Numbered from the stretch's first letter, positions 12,660-22,395 are shown. The stretch is 64,000 nt of DNA from an uncultured virus (IMG/VR IMGVR_UViG_3300015245_000039) (IMGVR_UViG_3300015245_000039); one strand, 5' to 3'. Notes: generated from the sequence alone by a model not told the origin. Translations and numbers: made by a program.

Positions 12660-13196
12660 GTGATCTGCCTCTGGTGTCTAGACCCAGGTCAGCACTCCGG
12701 TGTTGTTTGGGGACGCGTCTGGGAGCAGGGGCTGATTGCGGACAGGCTCGCCCAGCGCTCTCACTGGGGCACGACCACTGTTACCGGCGGCGAGCTCGAG
12801 CAGACGAGGAAGCTCTGGGGTCTGTACCGCGACTTCAGATACGAGTGCCAGAAGGCAGGGCTGAAGGTCGAGATGGTGATTGAAGACTTCATCCTGACAC
12901 GGCTCAAGAGCTCAGACCGGAGCGGTATAAGCCCGGTCCGAGTGACGTCCATGTTCATGGGGTACCGCCACGGCCTGTCAGACGCGTACAATATGGCAGG
13001 CTTCGGACCTACTGAAGTGATCGAGCCTGTGTACCAGCAACCGTCAGATGCAATGACCTACGCGACCGACGAAAGGTTGAGGCGATGGGGACTATGGATC
13101 CCGGGCGCAGAAGCAGAGCACGAGCGGGAAGCGACGAAACACTTCTGCCTCAGAGTAGCGAACAGAGCAAAGATGGCCGCTGGTCAGCAAGTCTGA
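12660..13196 (+). CDS. RuvC-like Holliday junction resolvase
   Basis: LDPGQHSG, VIEDF, QQPSDAM, HEREATKH follow the actinophage RuvC-like pattern. Confidence 0.7.
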   Translation: MICLWCLDPGQHSGVVWGRVWEQGLIADRLAQRSHWGTTTVTGGELEQTRKLWGLYRDFRYECQKAGLKVEMVIEDFILTRLKSSDRSGISPVRVTSMFMGYRHGLSDAYNMAGFGPTEVIEPVYQQPSDAMTYATDERLRRWGLWIPGAEAEHEREATKHFCLRVANRAKMAAGQQV

Positions 13197-13365
13197 AAGA
13201 TGTACTAGCCACGCCGGGCAGAGCTATGTTTGTACCACCCAAGACTACAGAGGAGCAGATCCTTAAGCTAAGAGAGACCCACGGTATCGATGAGCGACGC
13301 GTGTTCTACTCATCTGTACTGCCCGAAGGTAAGGCATACATCCTCGACCCGACGCTGCTGTTCCC

Positions 13366-13854
13366 ATGATCATCGAGTTCAAGGGTAGCTGTGGCTTCCT
13401 CAGCAACTTCTATCCCTGCCCCATCACCTACGAGGGACTGACGTATCCAACATCGGAGCATGCATTCCAGGCTGCGAAGAGTCTCGACCGGGGCACCCGG
13501 CTGATGATCCTGGAGCTGCCCAACCCGCGCTCGGCGAAGTACGCTGGGCGACGCATCGAGCTGCGCGAGGACTGGGAGGATGTCAAGCTGGCGGTGATGA
13601 AGAAGATACTCCAGCTCAAGTTCAATCCAGAGAAGCGCCAGGAGATGGCTGCGCGACTACATGCAACCGGCTCCAAGCTGCTCTGCGAGGGGAACAACTG
13701 GGGCGACGACTACTGGGGAGCTATCTGGGTGCCCAAGAAAAGACCAGGATATCGAAACTGGGCTGGCGCTCCAGGTGGGCCAGTTCTGAGCGGACATAAC
13801 CATCTCGGCATCATTCTGATGGGCATTCGACCCTACATAGTGCTAGATGAATAA
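13366..13854 (+). CDS. NADAR (YbiA-like) family protein
   Basis: FLSNFY, YPTSEHAFQAAK, REDWEDVK, KF, EGN.WGD.YWG, G.NHLG.ILM motifs. Confidence 0.92.
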   Translation: MIIEFKGSCGFLSNFYPCPITYEGLTYPTSEHAFQAAKSLDRGTRLMILELPNPRSAKYAGRRIELREDWEDVKLAVMKKILQLKFNPEKRQEMAARLHATGSKLLCEGNNWGDDYWGAIWVPKKRPGYRNWAGAPGGPVLSGHNHLGIILMGIRPYIVLDE

Positions 13855-13860
13855 CTGCCA

Positions 13861-14007
13861 ACGCGCGCGCACATGCGACCCACCCACTATTTCGCGATGC
13901 TTCTCTGGAGCGCATGTATGCTCTCCTTAGCGCATATATGCGCTCGCGGGAGGGACGAGTACCTGTGCCTCGCGCGCTACGGACGTATGCGCATGTGGGA
14001 GACTACC
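13861..14007. other. Structured non-coding element A (RY-alternating palindromes)
   Basis: Perfect 16-bp palindrome AGCGCATATATGCGCT at 13929-13944; outer CACATGCG/CGCATGTG pair; motifs shared with 62295-62497. Confidence 0.55.
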
Positions 14008-14026
14008 CGTGTCGAGAAGAGTCGAA

Positions 14027-14063
14027 AAGTTAGACAGGCAAATGGGCTATCTTAGAGTAAACT
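14027..14063 (+). promoter_or_regulatory. Putative phage promoter copy 2 (AAGTTAGAC box, 22 nt to TAAACT)
   Basis: Upstream of the replication/recombination operon; same spacing as the other two copies. Confidence 0.65.
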
Positions 14064-14192
14064 ACCCGGCGGGGTGCGGTAGGGTGCGCCGTGCGCAGCC
14101 GGGGCTGGGTGGGGAGATCTTCGGTAGGGGATCAAACCACCCGCTCCAGGCCGGTTGCGCGGCGAGTTATAAGTCTACGAAACAGGGAGCCG

Positions 14193-15227
14193 ATGGCTGC
14201 GCAAGCCGAACCACCAGTCCAGGGGACACCATTCCTGTCGACGTCCGAGCGGGTGACGTTCCGGACGTGTCGATTCCGTTGGTACTACACCTACATGCTC
14301 AGACTCAAGCCGCGCACGGCGGCGACACCGTTGCGCTTCGGAGTTCTGCTGCATAAAGCACTCGAAGGGTACTACAAGCCAGGCGTCAAACGAGGGCCAC
14401 ATCCGTCCGGTCTCTTCGAGCAGGCGTACGAAGCCGAGCTCAAGGAACAAGTCAAGATGGGCTTCAAGGACGAGGAAGGTACTTGGTCAGACGCAGGCGA
14501 GCTCGGCGTCAGTATGTTGGACCACTACATCGACAACTACGGTGCAGACGATGAGTACGAGGTCCTCTCTACTGAGCATCGCTTTGAGCAGCCGATCAGC
14601 ACACCCGGTGGACACCGCGTAGGCATCTACGTCGGCGTCCTAGACCTATTGATGCGTCACCGTCCGAGCAAGCTGCTCGAGATATGGGACCACAAGGGAG
14701 TCAAGTCCATCGACACCGGGTATCTCACACTCGACAGCCAGAGCTCCGGCTATTGGACCTACGGCGTCGACTCTCTGTTGCGCAAGGGCATCCTCAAGGA
14801 CTTACGCTCGCTGCGCACCATCCGCTTCAACTTCCTCCGGAAAGCGAAGCCAGACGAGCGTGCGTGGGAGCACGGACCCGACGGTCAGAAGCTCTATCAG
14901 AACAAGGATGGAACCGTCAGCAAGGTCCAGCCATCGGCCTACTTCATTCGACACCCTTCCCCGCGTAGCGAGCGCGAGCGAGAGCTCGAGCGCCTGATGG
15001 TGGTGGGGGAGCTCAGGGACATTAGACTCGTCAGGGCTGGTAAGCTCGACATGTACAAGTCACCGTCGAAGTTCAACTGCATGTTCTGCGACGTCAGGGA
15101 CATCTGTGAGCTACACCAGAATGGAGGCGACTACGAAGAGATGGCTCGCCTCACCATGATCCCGAAAGGGACTTGGCAGCCTGAGGAGTACAAGAAGGAA
15201 GCTATCGAGTACGAACTAGAGCACTAG
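14193..15227 (+). CDS. PD-(D/E)XK (Cas4/RecB-like) exonuclease
   Basis: S.SE..TF.TC..RW, G..LH.ALE, G.LDLL, IWDHK, C-terminal C..C....C. Confidence 0.88.
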   Translation: MAAQAEPPVQGTPFLSTSERVTFRTCRFRWYYTYMLRLKPRTAATPLRFGVLLHKALEGYYKPGVKRGPHPSGLFEQAYEAELKEQVKMGFKDEEGTWSDAGELGVSMLDHYIDNYGADDEYEVLSTEHRFEQPISTPGGHRVGIYVGVLDLLMRHRPSKLLEIWDHKGVKSIDTGYLTLDSQSSGYWTYGVDSLLRKGILKDLRSLRTIRFNFLRKAKPDERAWEHGPDGQKLYQNKDGTVSKVQPSAYFIRHPSPRSERERELERLMVVGELRDIRLVRAGKLDMYKSPSKFNCMFCDVRDICELHQNGGDYEEMARLTMIPKGTWQPEEYKKEAIEYELEH

Positions 15228-15239
15228 GAGGGAGGGAGC

Positions 15240-16025
15240 ATAGCCAAACCGCCGGGAATCAGGCCGCTCAGCGATTCCAAGTACACATTCCTGATGCTGT
15301 ACGGGATGTTCAGCGTTGGGAAGACGGTGCTAGTGGGGACGACACCAGGTCGTACCTTGCTGATTCGGCCACCTACCGATCACACAGACTCAATCGTCAA
15401 TCCTCCGGACACGATCGAGCAATGGGTGATCAGGGACTGGGATGAGATGCGCGAGTGCGGAGACTTCCTCCGGCTCGAAGGAGGCCAGCACTACGACTGG
15501 GTCTGGCTCGACAGCATCTCACTCTGGCAAGACGTGGGCTTGGACGATATCTGGGATGCAGCCAAGTCTCACAATCCGAGTCGCGACAACAAGCACAGCG
15601 GCAAGGACAAGGGCGAGTTCGGTCGCAACATGGACCGGCTAAGCGAGTGGGTACGTCAGACCGTATCGCTCGACTCGTTTAACTTCGGCATCACTGCCCA
15701 TCCGACGGACAAGCTGAATGATCCGACGGGTGACCGTAAGATGATGCCGTGGATCCAAGGCAAGGGCATGTCGGTGGGGATCTGTGGGATGATGACGCTA
15801 GTAGCGTACTACGAGGTTCGCCGCGACGACAGCGGACCGTATCGTCTACTCCACACAGAGTCAACTGACGACTTCTATGCCAAGAACCAGTACGCGATAC
15901 CGGGATCGCCCTGGCTTCCCATCAAGAACCCGGACATGCCCTTCCTCGTGAACAAGATCAAAGAGGCCAAGGGCAATAAACCGTCAAGTTCGCCGCCGCG
16001 TCGGCGACGGAAGGGAGCAAAGTAG
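15240..16025 (+). CDS. AAA_24/Sak4-like ATPase (probable ATA start at 15240; first ATG at 15294)
   Basis: Walker A GMFSVGKT, Walker B WVWLDS, ITAH motif; lies between exonuclease and SSB. Confidence 0.85.
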   Translation: MAKPPGIRPLSDSKYTFLMLYGMFSVGKTVLVGTTPGRTLLIRPPTDHTDSIVNPPDTIEQWVIRDWDEMRECGDFLRLEGGQHYDWVWLDSISLWQDVGLDDIWDAAKSHNPSRDNKHSGKDKGEFGRNMDRLSEWVRQTVSLDSFNFGITAHPTDKLNDPTGDRKMMPWIQGKGMSVGICGMMTLVAYYEVRRDDSGPYRLLHTESTDDFYAKNQYAIPGSPWLPIKNPDMPFLVNKIKEAKGNKPSSSPPRRRRKGAK

Positions 16026-16843
16026 TGGCGAAGGTCAAGGTCAATGTCACCAACGTCGAGCCGAGCGAATACAAGCAACCGACTCCAGGCTTGTACACGG
16101 CGAAGATCGAGGAGGCAAACCTCCGCGACGAGGATGGCAAGAACGACATCGAGCTCGTGCTGGCCATTCAGGGCGGCGAGTTCGACAAGGCCAAGCTCTG
16201 GACGTACATCGGTCTGACCGATGCCAGTGCCTGGAAGATGCGCGAGCTGATCGACGCGCTCGGACTCCCTACCGAGATCGAGCTCGATACGAACAAGCAC
16301 CTGGTCAACAAGAAGCTCAAGGTGAAGGTCAACGGCGACCAGTGGCAGGGCGAGTACCGCGCACGTGTGGGCAGGCTCGCACCGCTCGATGCCACTGCTG
16401 TCGAGGATCCGGACGCTCCGGCGACCGAGGAGGCACCCGCAGCAGAGGCAGCTGACGCTGCCGAGGACTACAACACCTGGTCCATCGAGGACCTGGTATC
16501 AACCATCGCCGAGGATGCGGACCTGCTCGCTCACACGCCGGGCATCAACGAGGAGGGAGCTGTCGGCGAGGACGACAAGGACTGGCTCGTCGGCTTCCTC
16601 GAGGCAGCGGACGACAGCTCGGATGCACTCGACGCTTATCTCGCGGAGAGCCCGTGGGACGAGGACGCGTCGGCGAGTCAGACCGCCGAGAAGCCCGACT
16701 ACTCGACATGGTCGGTTGACGAGATCAAGGCCGAGATCGAGCGGCGGTCAATCGACGCGCCCAAGCGTGCGCCGAAGTCGAAGCTGATCGGTCTGCTCGA
16801 GACAGATGACGCGAGTGGAGACCCGTTCGAGGGAACGTCCTAG
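16025..16843 (+). CDS. DUF669-like ssDNA-binding protein with acidic tail and HeH/SAP-like C-terminal modules
   Basis: PGLYTAKIEE..WKMRELIDALG..YRARV; repeated DY.TWS..(D/E) modules; C-terminal DPF. Confidence 0.7.
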   Translation: MAKVKVNVTNVEPSEYKQPTPGLYTAKIEEANLRDEDGKNDIELVLAIQGGEFDKAKLWTYIGLTDASAWKMRELIDALGLPTEIELDTNKHLVNKKLKVKVNGDQWQGEYRARVGRLAPLDATAVEDPDAPATEEAPAAEAADAAEDYNTWSIEDLVSTIAEDADLLAHTPGINEEGAVGEDDKDWLVGFLEAADDSSDALDAYLAESPWDEDASASQTAEKPDYSTWSVDEIKAEIERRSIDAPKRAPKSKLIGLLETDDASGDPFEGTS

Positions 16844-16849
16844 CGCGAG

Positions 16850-17149
16850 ATGGTCGATGGCTGCTTCAAGACCGACGACATGGCACTCGCCGTCGTGCTC
16901 CGCTCGTGCGGCTACCGCAGCAAGCTCGAGTTCATGCTCGGTAGCAACCGGATGGCCCTGTGGGTTTTCGACGCCAGTGATGATCAGGCGACTGATGACC
17001 TGGAAGACATCGTGAGGGAGTACGCTGGTGGTGAGACGCTAGTCGAACCGAAGGGATTCCTGCAACTCACGAAGGAAGTACGTGAGGAGCTGTATTCCTT
17101 CCTCGGGACAAGGAGCGGTCGGAGAGTCTCAGACAAACTCGTGTCATAA
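16850..17149 (+). CDS. Hypothetical protein (DUF5659-like)
   Basis: FKTDDMALAVVL..G...WVF...Y..G...VEP pattern; sits before the primase. Confidence 0.45.
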   Translation: MVDGCFKTDDMALAVVLRSCGYRSKLEFMLGSNRMALWVFDASDDQATDDLEDIVREYAGGETLVEPKGFLQLTKEVREELYSFLGTRSGRRVSDKLVS

Positions 17150-19939
17150 GTGGCGACTCGCAAAGCACACCTGCGTCTTCTCGAGCCGTACCTGCTAGGG
17201 GAGCGCGCAAGGGAGAATGGTGAGTGGGACATGTTCTGTCCTCTGCATGAGGATGAGCGCCGTTCAGCGTCCTTGCAGGTGGAGTCGAGCGAGTGGTACT
17301 GCCAAACATGCGGGACTGGCGGCTCGGTGGTGGAGCTCATTCGTCAGAAGGATGACTGGGTTCCACCGCCGAATGTCGCCGCCGCCAACGGAGGACGGTA
17401 CAAGTCTCGTGGCAAGGAGCAACCCATCCCAAGCGAAGCTACCATACAAGGATGGACGAGTGCTCTACTCACCCTTGAGGACAGACTCGACTGGTTGATC
17501 GACAAGCGCATGCTCACCACTGACACCATCGTTCAATACGGCATCGGCTGGGACCGTGACTCACGTGCGTACACTATCCCCATCCGGGATGAGCACGGCG
17601 AGCTGGTGAACGTGCGCCACTACGATCCCAATCCCTCCAGCCAGCGCCGGAAGATCTGGGGGCTGACCGGCCACAACGAGGTACGACTGTATCCACCAGA
17701 GGCACTGGCCCACAAGGAAGTCTTCCTGTTCATGGGCGAGTGGGACATGTTCCTGGCTAGACAGAACTCTATCAACGCCTTCACTCGTACAGGCTCAGAG
17801 GGCGTCTGGCAGAACCAGTGGAGCAATCAGTTCCGTGGCAAGATCGTCTACATCGTCGCTGACCGCGACGACGACGGGTTGAAGGGAGCGCGGAAGGTTG
17901 CGCTGCTCCTCAGCAAGTACGCCGAGGCTGCGTACATCATCGAGCTGCCCTACCGTGTCGAGGCGAAGCACGGCAAGGACTACACTGACATGTGCATCGA
18001 GTTCGGCCCAGACAGATTTTGGGATCTCGTCCCGGACGACGAGACGGGCGAGCCGGACGCCATGCTGTCTCTGAATGGAGAAGGGCCAGAGCTGATCACA
18101 GTCCTGGATTCCTTCGATTCACGACGCGTCGGCGATCCGGCTCGCCTGTTAGTCACGATCAAGGGCAAGCAGGAGCCAGGGTACACCATCCCAAAGACCA
18201 TCGCGCTGAGCTGCACCCAGGACGCCGGGGACAAGTGCGTCCACTGCACGCTGAACGGAGCGCAGGGCCACGATGAGCTGCCCATCGAGGCTGACGACCC
18301 CATCGTGCTCGAACTCATCGACTCCAGCATCACCCATGTGCATGGGACGGTAGCGCGCAACTACGGGATCCCTGGCGGCAAGTGCAATCGCCTTCAAATC
18401 GAGGCCACTAGCTTCCAGTCAGTAGAGATCCTGCATGCCCGTCCGAGCATTGACCATGCCGACGGCTCGCGGGCAGGCGACTACAAGAACATCAAGATCA
18501 CGAGCGTCGGTCGCCACGACACTATGACGAACAACACTGTCGAAGCTCTTGGTGCGCTGTATCCGAATCCACTCAACCAGAAGAACGAGTGGCTAGCGCA
18601 CAGGATTGAGCGGCAGCAGACCAGCGTCGATAGATTCGACCTGACGCCTGAGGCGATCAAACTGATGAAGATCTTCCAGACCCAGGGCCGACCACTGCGC
18701 AAGGTAGCCGACATCTGCAAGGAGCTCTCGCTCAACGTCACCAAGATCTACGGACGCCCGGAGATGCACGCGCTTATGGATCTCACCTTCCACAGCGTCC
18801 TTAGCTGGCACTTCGACGGAGACCTACAGCACCGGGGCTGGCTCGAGGCGCTGGTACTGGGCGACACCCGTACAGGCAAGTCAGAGGCNNNNNNNNNNNN
18901 NNNNNNNNNNNNNNNNNNNNNNNNNNNNNNNNNNNNNNNNNNNNNNNNNNNNNNNNNNNNNNNNNNNNNNNNNNNNNNNNNNNNNNNNNNNNNNNNNNNN
19001 NNNNNNNNNNNNNNNNNNNNNNNNNNNNNNNNNNNNNNNNNNNNNNNNNNNNNNNNNNNNNNNNNNNNNNNNNNNNNNNNNNNNNNNNNNNNNNNNNNNN
19101 NNNNNNNNNNNNNNNNNNNNNNNNNNNNNNNNNNNNNNNNNNNNNNNNNNNNNNNNNNNNNNNNNNNNNNNNNNNNNNNNNNNNNNNNNNNNNNNNNNNN
19201 NNNNNNNNNNNNNNNNNNNNNNNNNNNNNNNNNNNNNNNNNNNNNNNNNNNNNNNNNNNNNNNNNNNNNNNNNNNNNNNNNNNNNNNNNNNNNNNNNNNN
19301 NNNNNNNNNNNNNNNNNNNNNNNNNNNNNNNNNNNNNNNNNNNNNNNNNNNNNNNNNNNNNNNNNNNNNNNNNNNNNNNNNNNNNNNNNNNNNNNNNNNN
19401 NNNNNNNNNNNNNNNNNNNNNNNNNNNNNNNNNNNNNNNNNNNNNNNNNNNNNNNNNNNNNNNNNNNNNNNNNNNNNNNNNNNNNNNNNNNNNNNNNNNN
19501 NNNNNNNNNNNNNNNNNNNNNNNNNNNNNNNNNNNNNNNNNNNNNNNNNNNNNNNNNNNNNNNNNNNNNNNNNNNNNNNNNNNNNNNNNNNNNNNNNNNN
19601 NNNNNNNNNNNNNNNATCGCATTCATGGACAGGGTCTACAACATGAAGCCGATGGGGTACGCCGAGCGCAGCAGGGAGATCATCGCTGACCGCGAGGAGG
19701 CTCGGAAGAACTACGATGACGTCAAGATCTACTTGCACGGTCGCCCTGGCCTTGCGAAGTTCCTGAAGGGTACGGGAAGCTTCCGCCGCCAGGACATCGA
19801 AGAGGTTCTGAACACCGACCGCAGTGATGCGAATAGTGTGGTGAACACTCTTCTCAACGCACGAATGGTGCGTAAGCAGGGAGCAGATGTCCGGGTGGAG
19901 CCTACGCTCCATGAACTACTCAGGGAGGTCAGAGGATGA
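17150..19939 (+). CDS. Primase-helicase: CHC2 zinc finger + TOPRIM + MCM-like helicase (centre unsequenced)
   Basis: CPLHED..SL..WYCQTC; DRDDDG and GKDYTD; C-x6-C-x2-C zinc site; Walker A GDTRTGKS just before the N run; the frame resumes after the gap. Confidence 0.85.
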   Translation: MATRKAHLRLLEPYLLGERARENGEWDMFCPLHEDERRSASLQVESSEWYCQTCGTGGSVVELIRQKDDWVPPPNVAAANGGRYKSRGKEQPIPSEATIQGWTSALLTLEDRLDWLIDKRMLTTDTIVQYGIGWDRDSRAYTIPIRDEHGELVNVRHYDPNPSSQRRKIWGLTGHNEVRLYPPEALAHKEVFLFMGEWDMFLARQNSINAFTRTGSEGVWQNQWSNQFRGKIVYIVADRDDDGLKGARKVALLLSKYAEAAYIIELPYRVEAKHGKDYTDMCIEFGPDRFWDLVPDDETGEPDAMLSLNGEGPELITVLDSFDSRRVGDPARLLVTIKGKQEPGYTIPKTIALSCTQDAGDKCVHCTLNGAQGHDELPIEADDPIVLELIDSSITHVHGTVARNYGIPGGKCNRLQIEATSFQSVEILHARPSIDHADGSRAGDYKNIKITSVGRHDTMTNNTVEALGALYPNPLNQKNEWLAHRIERQQTSVDRFDLTPEAIKLMKIFQTQGRPLRKVADICKELSLNVTKIYGRPEMHALMDLTFHSVLSWHFDGDLQHRGWLEALVLGDTRTGKSEXXXXXXXXXXXXXXXXXXXXXXXXXXXXXXXXXXXXXXXXXXXXXXXXXXXXXXXXXXXXXXXXXXXXXXXXXXXXXXXXXXXXXXXXXXXXXXXXXXXXXXXXXXXXXXXXXXXXXXXXXXXXXXXXXXXXXXXXXXXXXXXXXXXXXXXXXXXXXXXXXXXXXXXXXXXXXXXXXXXXXXXXXXXXXXXXXXXXXXXXXXXXXXXXXXXXXXXXXXXXXXXXXXXXXXXXXXXXXXXXXXXIAFMDRVYNMKPMGYAERSREIIADREEARKNYDDVKIYLHGRPGLAKFLKGTGSFRRQDIEEVLNTDRSDANSVVNTLLNARMVRKQGADVRVEPTLHELLREVRG
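18889..19615. other. Run of 727 N (unsequenced or masked)
   Basis: Seen directly in the sequence. Confidence 0.99.
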
Positions 19940-20486
19940 ACTCAGGTGGAGCTTACTACAACACGGCGGTCGAGCTCCGCAAGCAAGCGGACACCGCTCG
20001 CTCGAGCTATGCCGAGGCTCTGGCGAGCGCACACAACTGGGCGGGAGAGTACGCCGATGGTCTACATCCGGCGATGCTGATCGCGCAGGCCGTCGGGCTT
20101 GAGATTGCTGCAAGTATCTACTGTCTGGCTCAGTCCATCGAAGACACCCAGAAGGGGATGCTGTGACGGCGAACAGGGTCAAGATAGACGACGGATATCT
20201 GATGGGTCTGGGGATCATGCTAGCCTCAGCCGAAGCCGAGGTCGTCGAGGCTCAGTACGACGTCGATACTGGCAAGAAGATGGACGCTGACTTTCACAAG
20301 AAGGCTCTCGCAAGAGCGATCGACATCAGAGCAAAGCTCCAGGAAAGAATCGACCAGACATGGGGGAAGACTTGATCACCATCTTCATCATCGAGAACGA
20401 GCCGTGGGTACTCCTCACCATGATGGACGGTGACATGGAGAAGCTCGGTAGACGATTGGGCGAGTGGGCCTGGGTAGGGAGGGTCC

Positions 20487-20766
20487 TGTGATCAACGGGG
20501 AGTCAATCGCGACAGCCGAGAGGATGCTCAAGCTGGTGGCTGGAGTAGACGGTATCGACGTGCCGCGCCAGTTCCAGACTTACCAGGTCGACCGCATCGC
20601 ATACGAGAACTTCCACCAGGACATGATGTCGCTGATCATCAAACGAACTCAGGAGCAGCGGCAGCGCATTCCACGCGTCATGATCCCGACACTCAACACT
20701 GTCCTCGCGCATCACTTCCTGGTGGGAGTCGTATGCGGACGCAATGCGGCAGGAGTTCCAGAGTGA
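20487..20766 (+). CDS. Hypothetical protein upstream of the nucleotide cluster (start approximate)
   Basis: GTG after GGGAGGG; stop overlaps the next start. Confidence 0.5.
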
Positions 20767-21572
20767 AGGTCGCAATCCTGGGCTCAGGCATCAACGCACT
20801 GATCGCCGCCTGGGCAGCAGAACGCTCGGGACACGAGCCAGAGCTGATGGCGAATACCGCAACACACTCGGTGATCCCGGCTGACATGTTCCTGCTAGAG
20901 AAGATCCCTGACATCAACGCGCCGAGCTTCCAGCTCGAGGTCTACCTCAAGGGGAACAAGAAGGGATACGCCGAACGGGTCTATGGAGACCCCTCAGCGC
21001 CTTGCGCTCTCGACACCTTTCTTCCAGGGAGGTATGTGGTCTGGGGCATGCGCGAGACCTACGAGCAGCTCTGGCGTATGTACGGCTCTGAGATCAAGGA
21101 GCACGCACTCGAGCACTCAGACCTGGAGGCCATCGCACGCAGCTACGACCTAGCCCTCAGTACCATCCCGGCCAACGTGCTCTGCAGAGGAGATCACTCC
21201 TTCTATGGAGTCGACACCTATCACCTGAAGATTCCTGGTGATGACCGGGGATTCTTCCAGTCCTCCATGGTCTACAACGGAGAGCTCGAGGCTGACACAG
21301 CAGGTGCGAACTGGTACCGCTTCTCGTCCATCAGAGGAATCGATACCTGGGAGTACACACACGTCGTCCCGGGCAGAACAACCACAGGTATCAAGCCGAT
21401 CGAGACTAACTGCGACTGCTATGAGAGCATCGCCACGAGTAGGAGTGCACGTCCTGGGCAGCTGCACCGGATCGGAAGATTCGCTAAGTGGACCAGAGGA
21501 GTACTGGCGCATCACGCTTTCCAGGACACTGTCGCGCACATGGCCAACGAGGGAATGCTGAAGTCAATCTGA
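20763..21572 (+). CDS. FAD-dependent oxidoreductase (Rossmann; UDP-galactopyranose mutase/amine oxidase-like fold)
   Basis: N-terminal KVAILGSGINAL dinucleotide-binding motif, STIP, C-terminal IGRFAKW. Confidence 0.75.
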   Translation: MKVAILGSGINALIAAWAAERSGHEPELMANTATHSVIPADMFLLEKIPDINAPSFQLEVYLKGNKKGYAERVYGDPSAPCALDTFLPGRYVVWGMRETYEQLWRMYGSEIKEHALEHSDLEAIARSYDLALSTIPANVLCRGDHSFYGVDTYHLKIPGDDRGFFQSSMVYNGELEADTAGANWYRFSSIRGIDTWEYTHVVPGRTTTGIKPIETNCDCYESIATSRSARPGQLHRIGRFAKWTRGVLAHHAFQDTVAHMANEGMLKSI

Positions 21573-22168
21573 TGTACGGCGCACTCATGTACCTAGACCG
21601 CAAGATGAAGGAGGCAGCATACATGCACGGTCAGCTCGCATACATCGCAGCACCCATCTTCAACGACGACCAGCGTGCAGTAGTGGAGCAGCTCAAGGAA
21701 GCCCTCGAGTCAACCGGCTTCGAGATCTTCAGCCCGTACCACGCCAGCCAGAAGATCTTCAACGGGCGCAAGCCTGCCGACTGCACTCCCGAGGAGAGAG
21801 CGATGGTGCTGCGCGGGAACGTCAGCCATCTCCACTGTCACCTGCTGCTCGCGTGGGTCGGAGGGAATGAGGGTGGCTTCACCGACCCAGGGGTGGTATG
21901 GGAGATGGGCTATGCAGGGGCGCTGGCTGGGGCACCAGCGGCGTTCGGACGCGGTCCCGGCTACCCGTTCACCCTGGCCTACATCCACGACACTGACGAG
22001 CGCCAGGCGATGAACCTGATGCTCGCCGGTACCGTCGACGGTGTCGTCAAGGGTGGCCAGGAGCTCGCCGTCGCACTAGCCATGGGTGCTCGTCGCAACT
22101 GGGCTACCCTCTCATCTACGTTCACTCCTGATCGCCTGCTCGCGCAGGACAAGGAGCCGGTCGTATGA
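21572..22168 (+). CDS. Nucleoside 2-deoxyribosyltransferase / dNMP N-glycosidase family (alternative start 21623)
   Basis: YIAAPIFN, FEIFSPY, DPGVVWEMGYA with the family's catalytic Glu, MNLML. Confidence 0.85.
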   Translation: MYGALMYLDRKMKEAAYMHGQLAYIAAPIFNDDQRAVVEQLKEALESTGFEIFSPYHASQKIFNGRKPADCTPEERAMVLRGNVSHLHCHLLLAWVGGNEGGFTDPGVVWEMGYAGALAGAPAAFGRGPGYPFTLAYIHDTDERQAMNLMLAGTVDGVVKGGQELAVALAMGARRNWATLSSTFTPDRLLAQDKEPVV

Positions 22169-22395
22169 CTTTAGAGGAATACGTCACTCAGTGGAACTTC
22201 TCTTATTTCAGAGGGGACTGCGGGCATGAATGGGTCTCGCCTGGACATGGTTCCTGGGCGTGCCCTTACTGCGGACGTTACGATGGCAATGGACATCTTG
22301 TCATTCACGAAGAGATCGATTTACGGAAGTTGTCGACAGAAGTCATGCTCAAGTCAATCGCTGCCTACTACGAACTGGCGGGAGCGGGGGCATGA
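22165..22395 (+). CDS. Small zinc-ribbon protein
   Basis: CGH...CPYCG. Confidence 0.55.
   Translation: MTLEEYVTQWNFSYFRGDCGHEWVSPGHGSWACPYCGRYDGNGHLVIHEEIDLRKLSTEVMLKSIAAYYELAGAGA

Noticed and set aside
14193..15227. Cas4-like nuclease as part of a CRISPR-Cas system
   Set aside because: No repeat-spacer array or other cas genes; it sits in the usual exonuclease-ATPase-SSB phage module.
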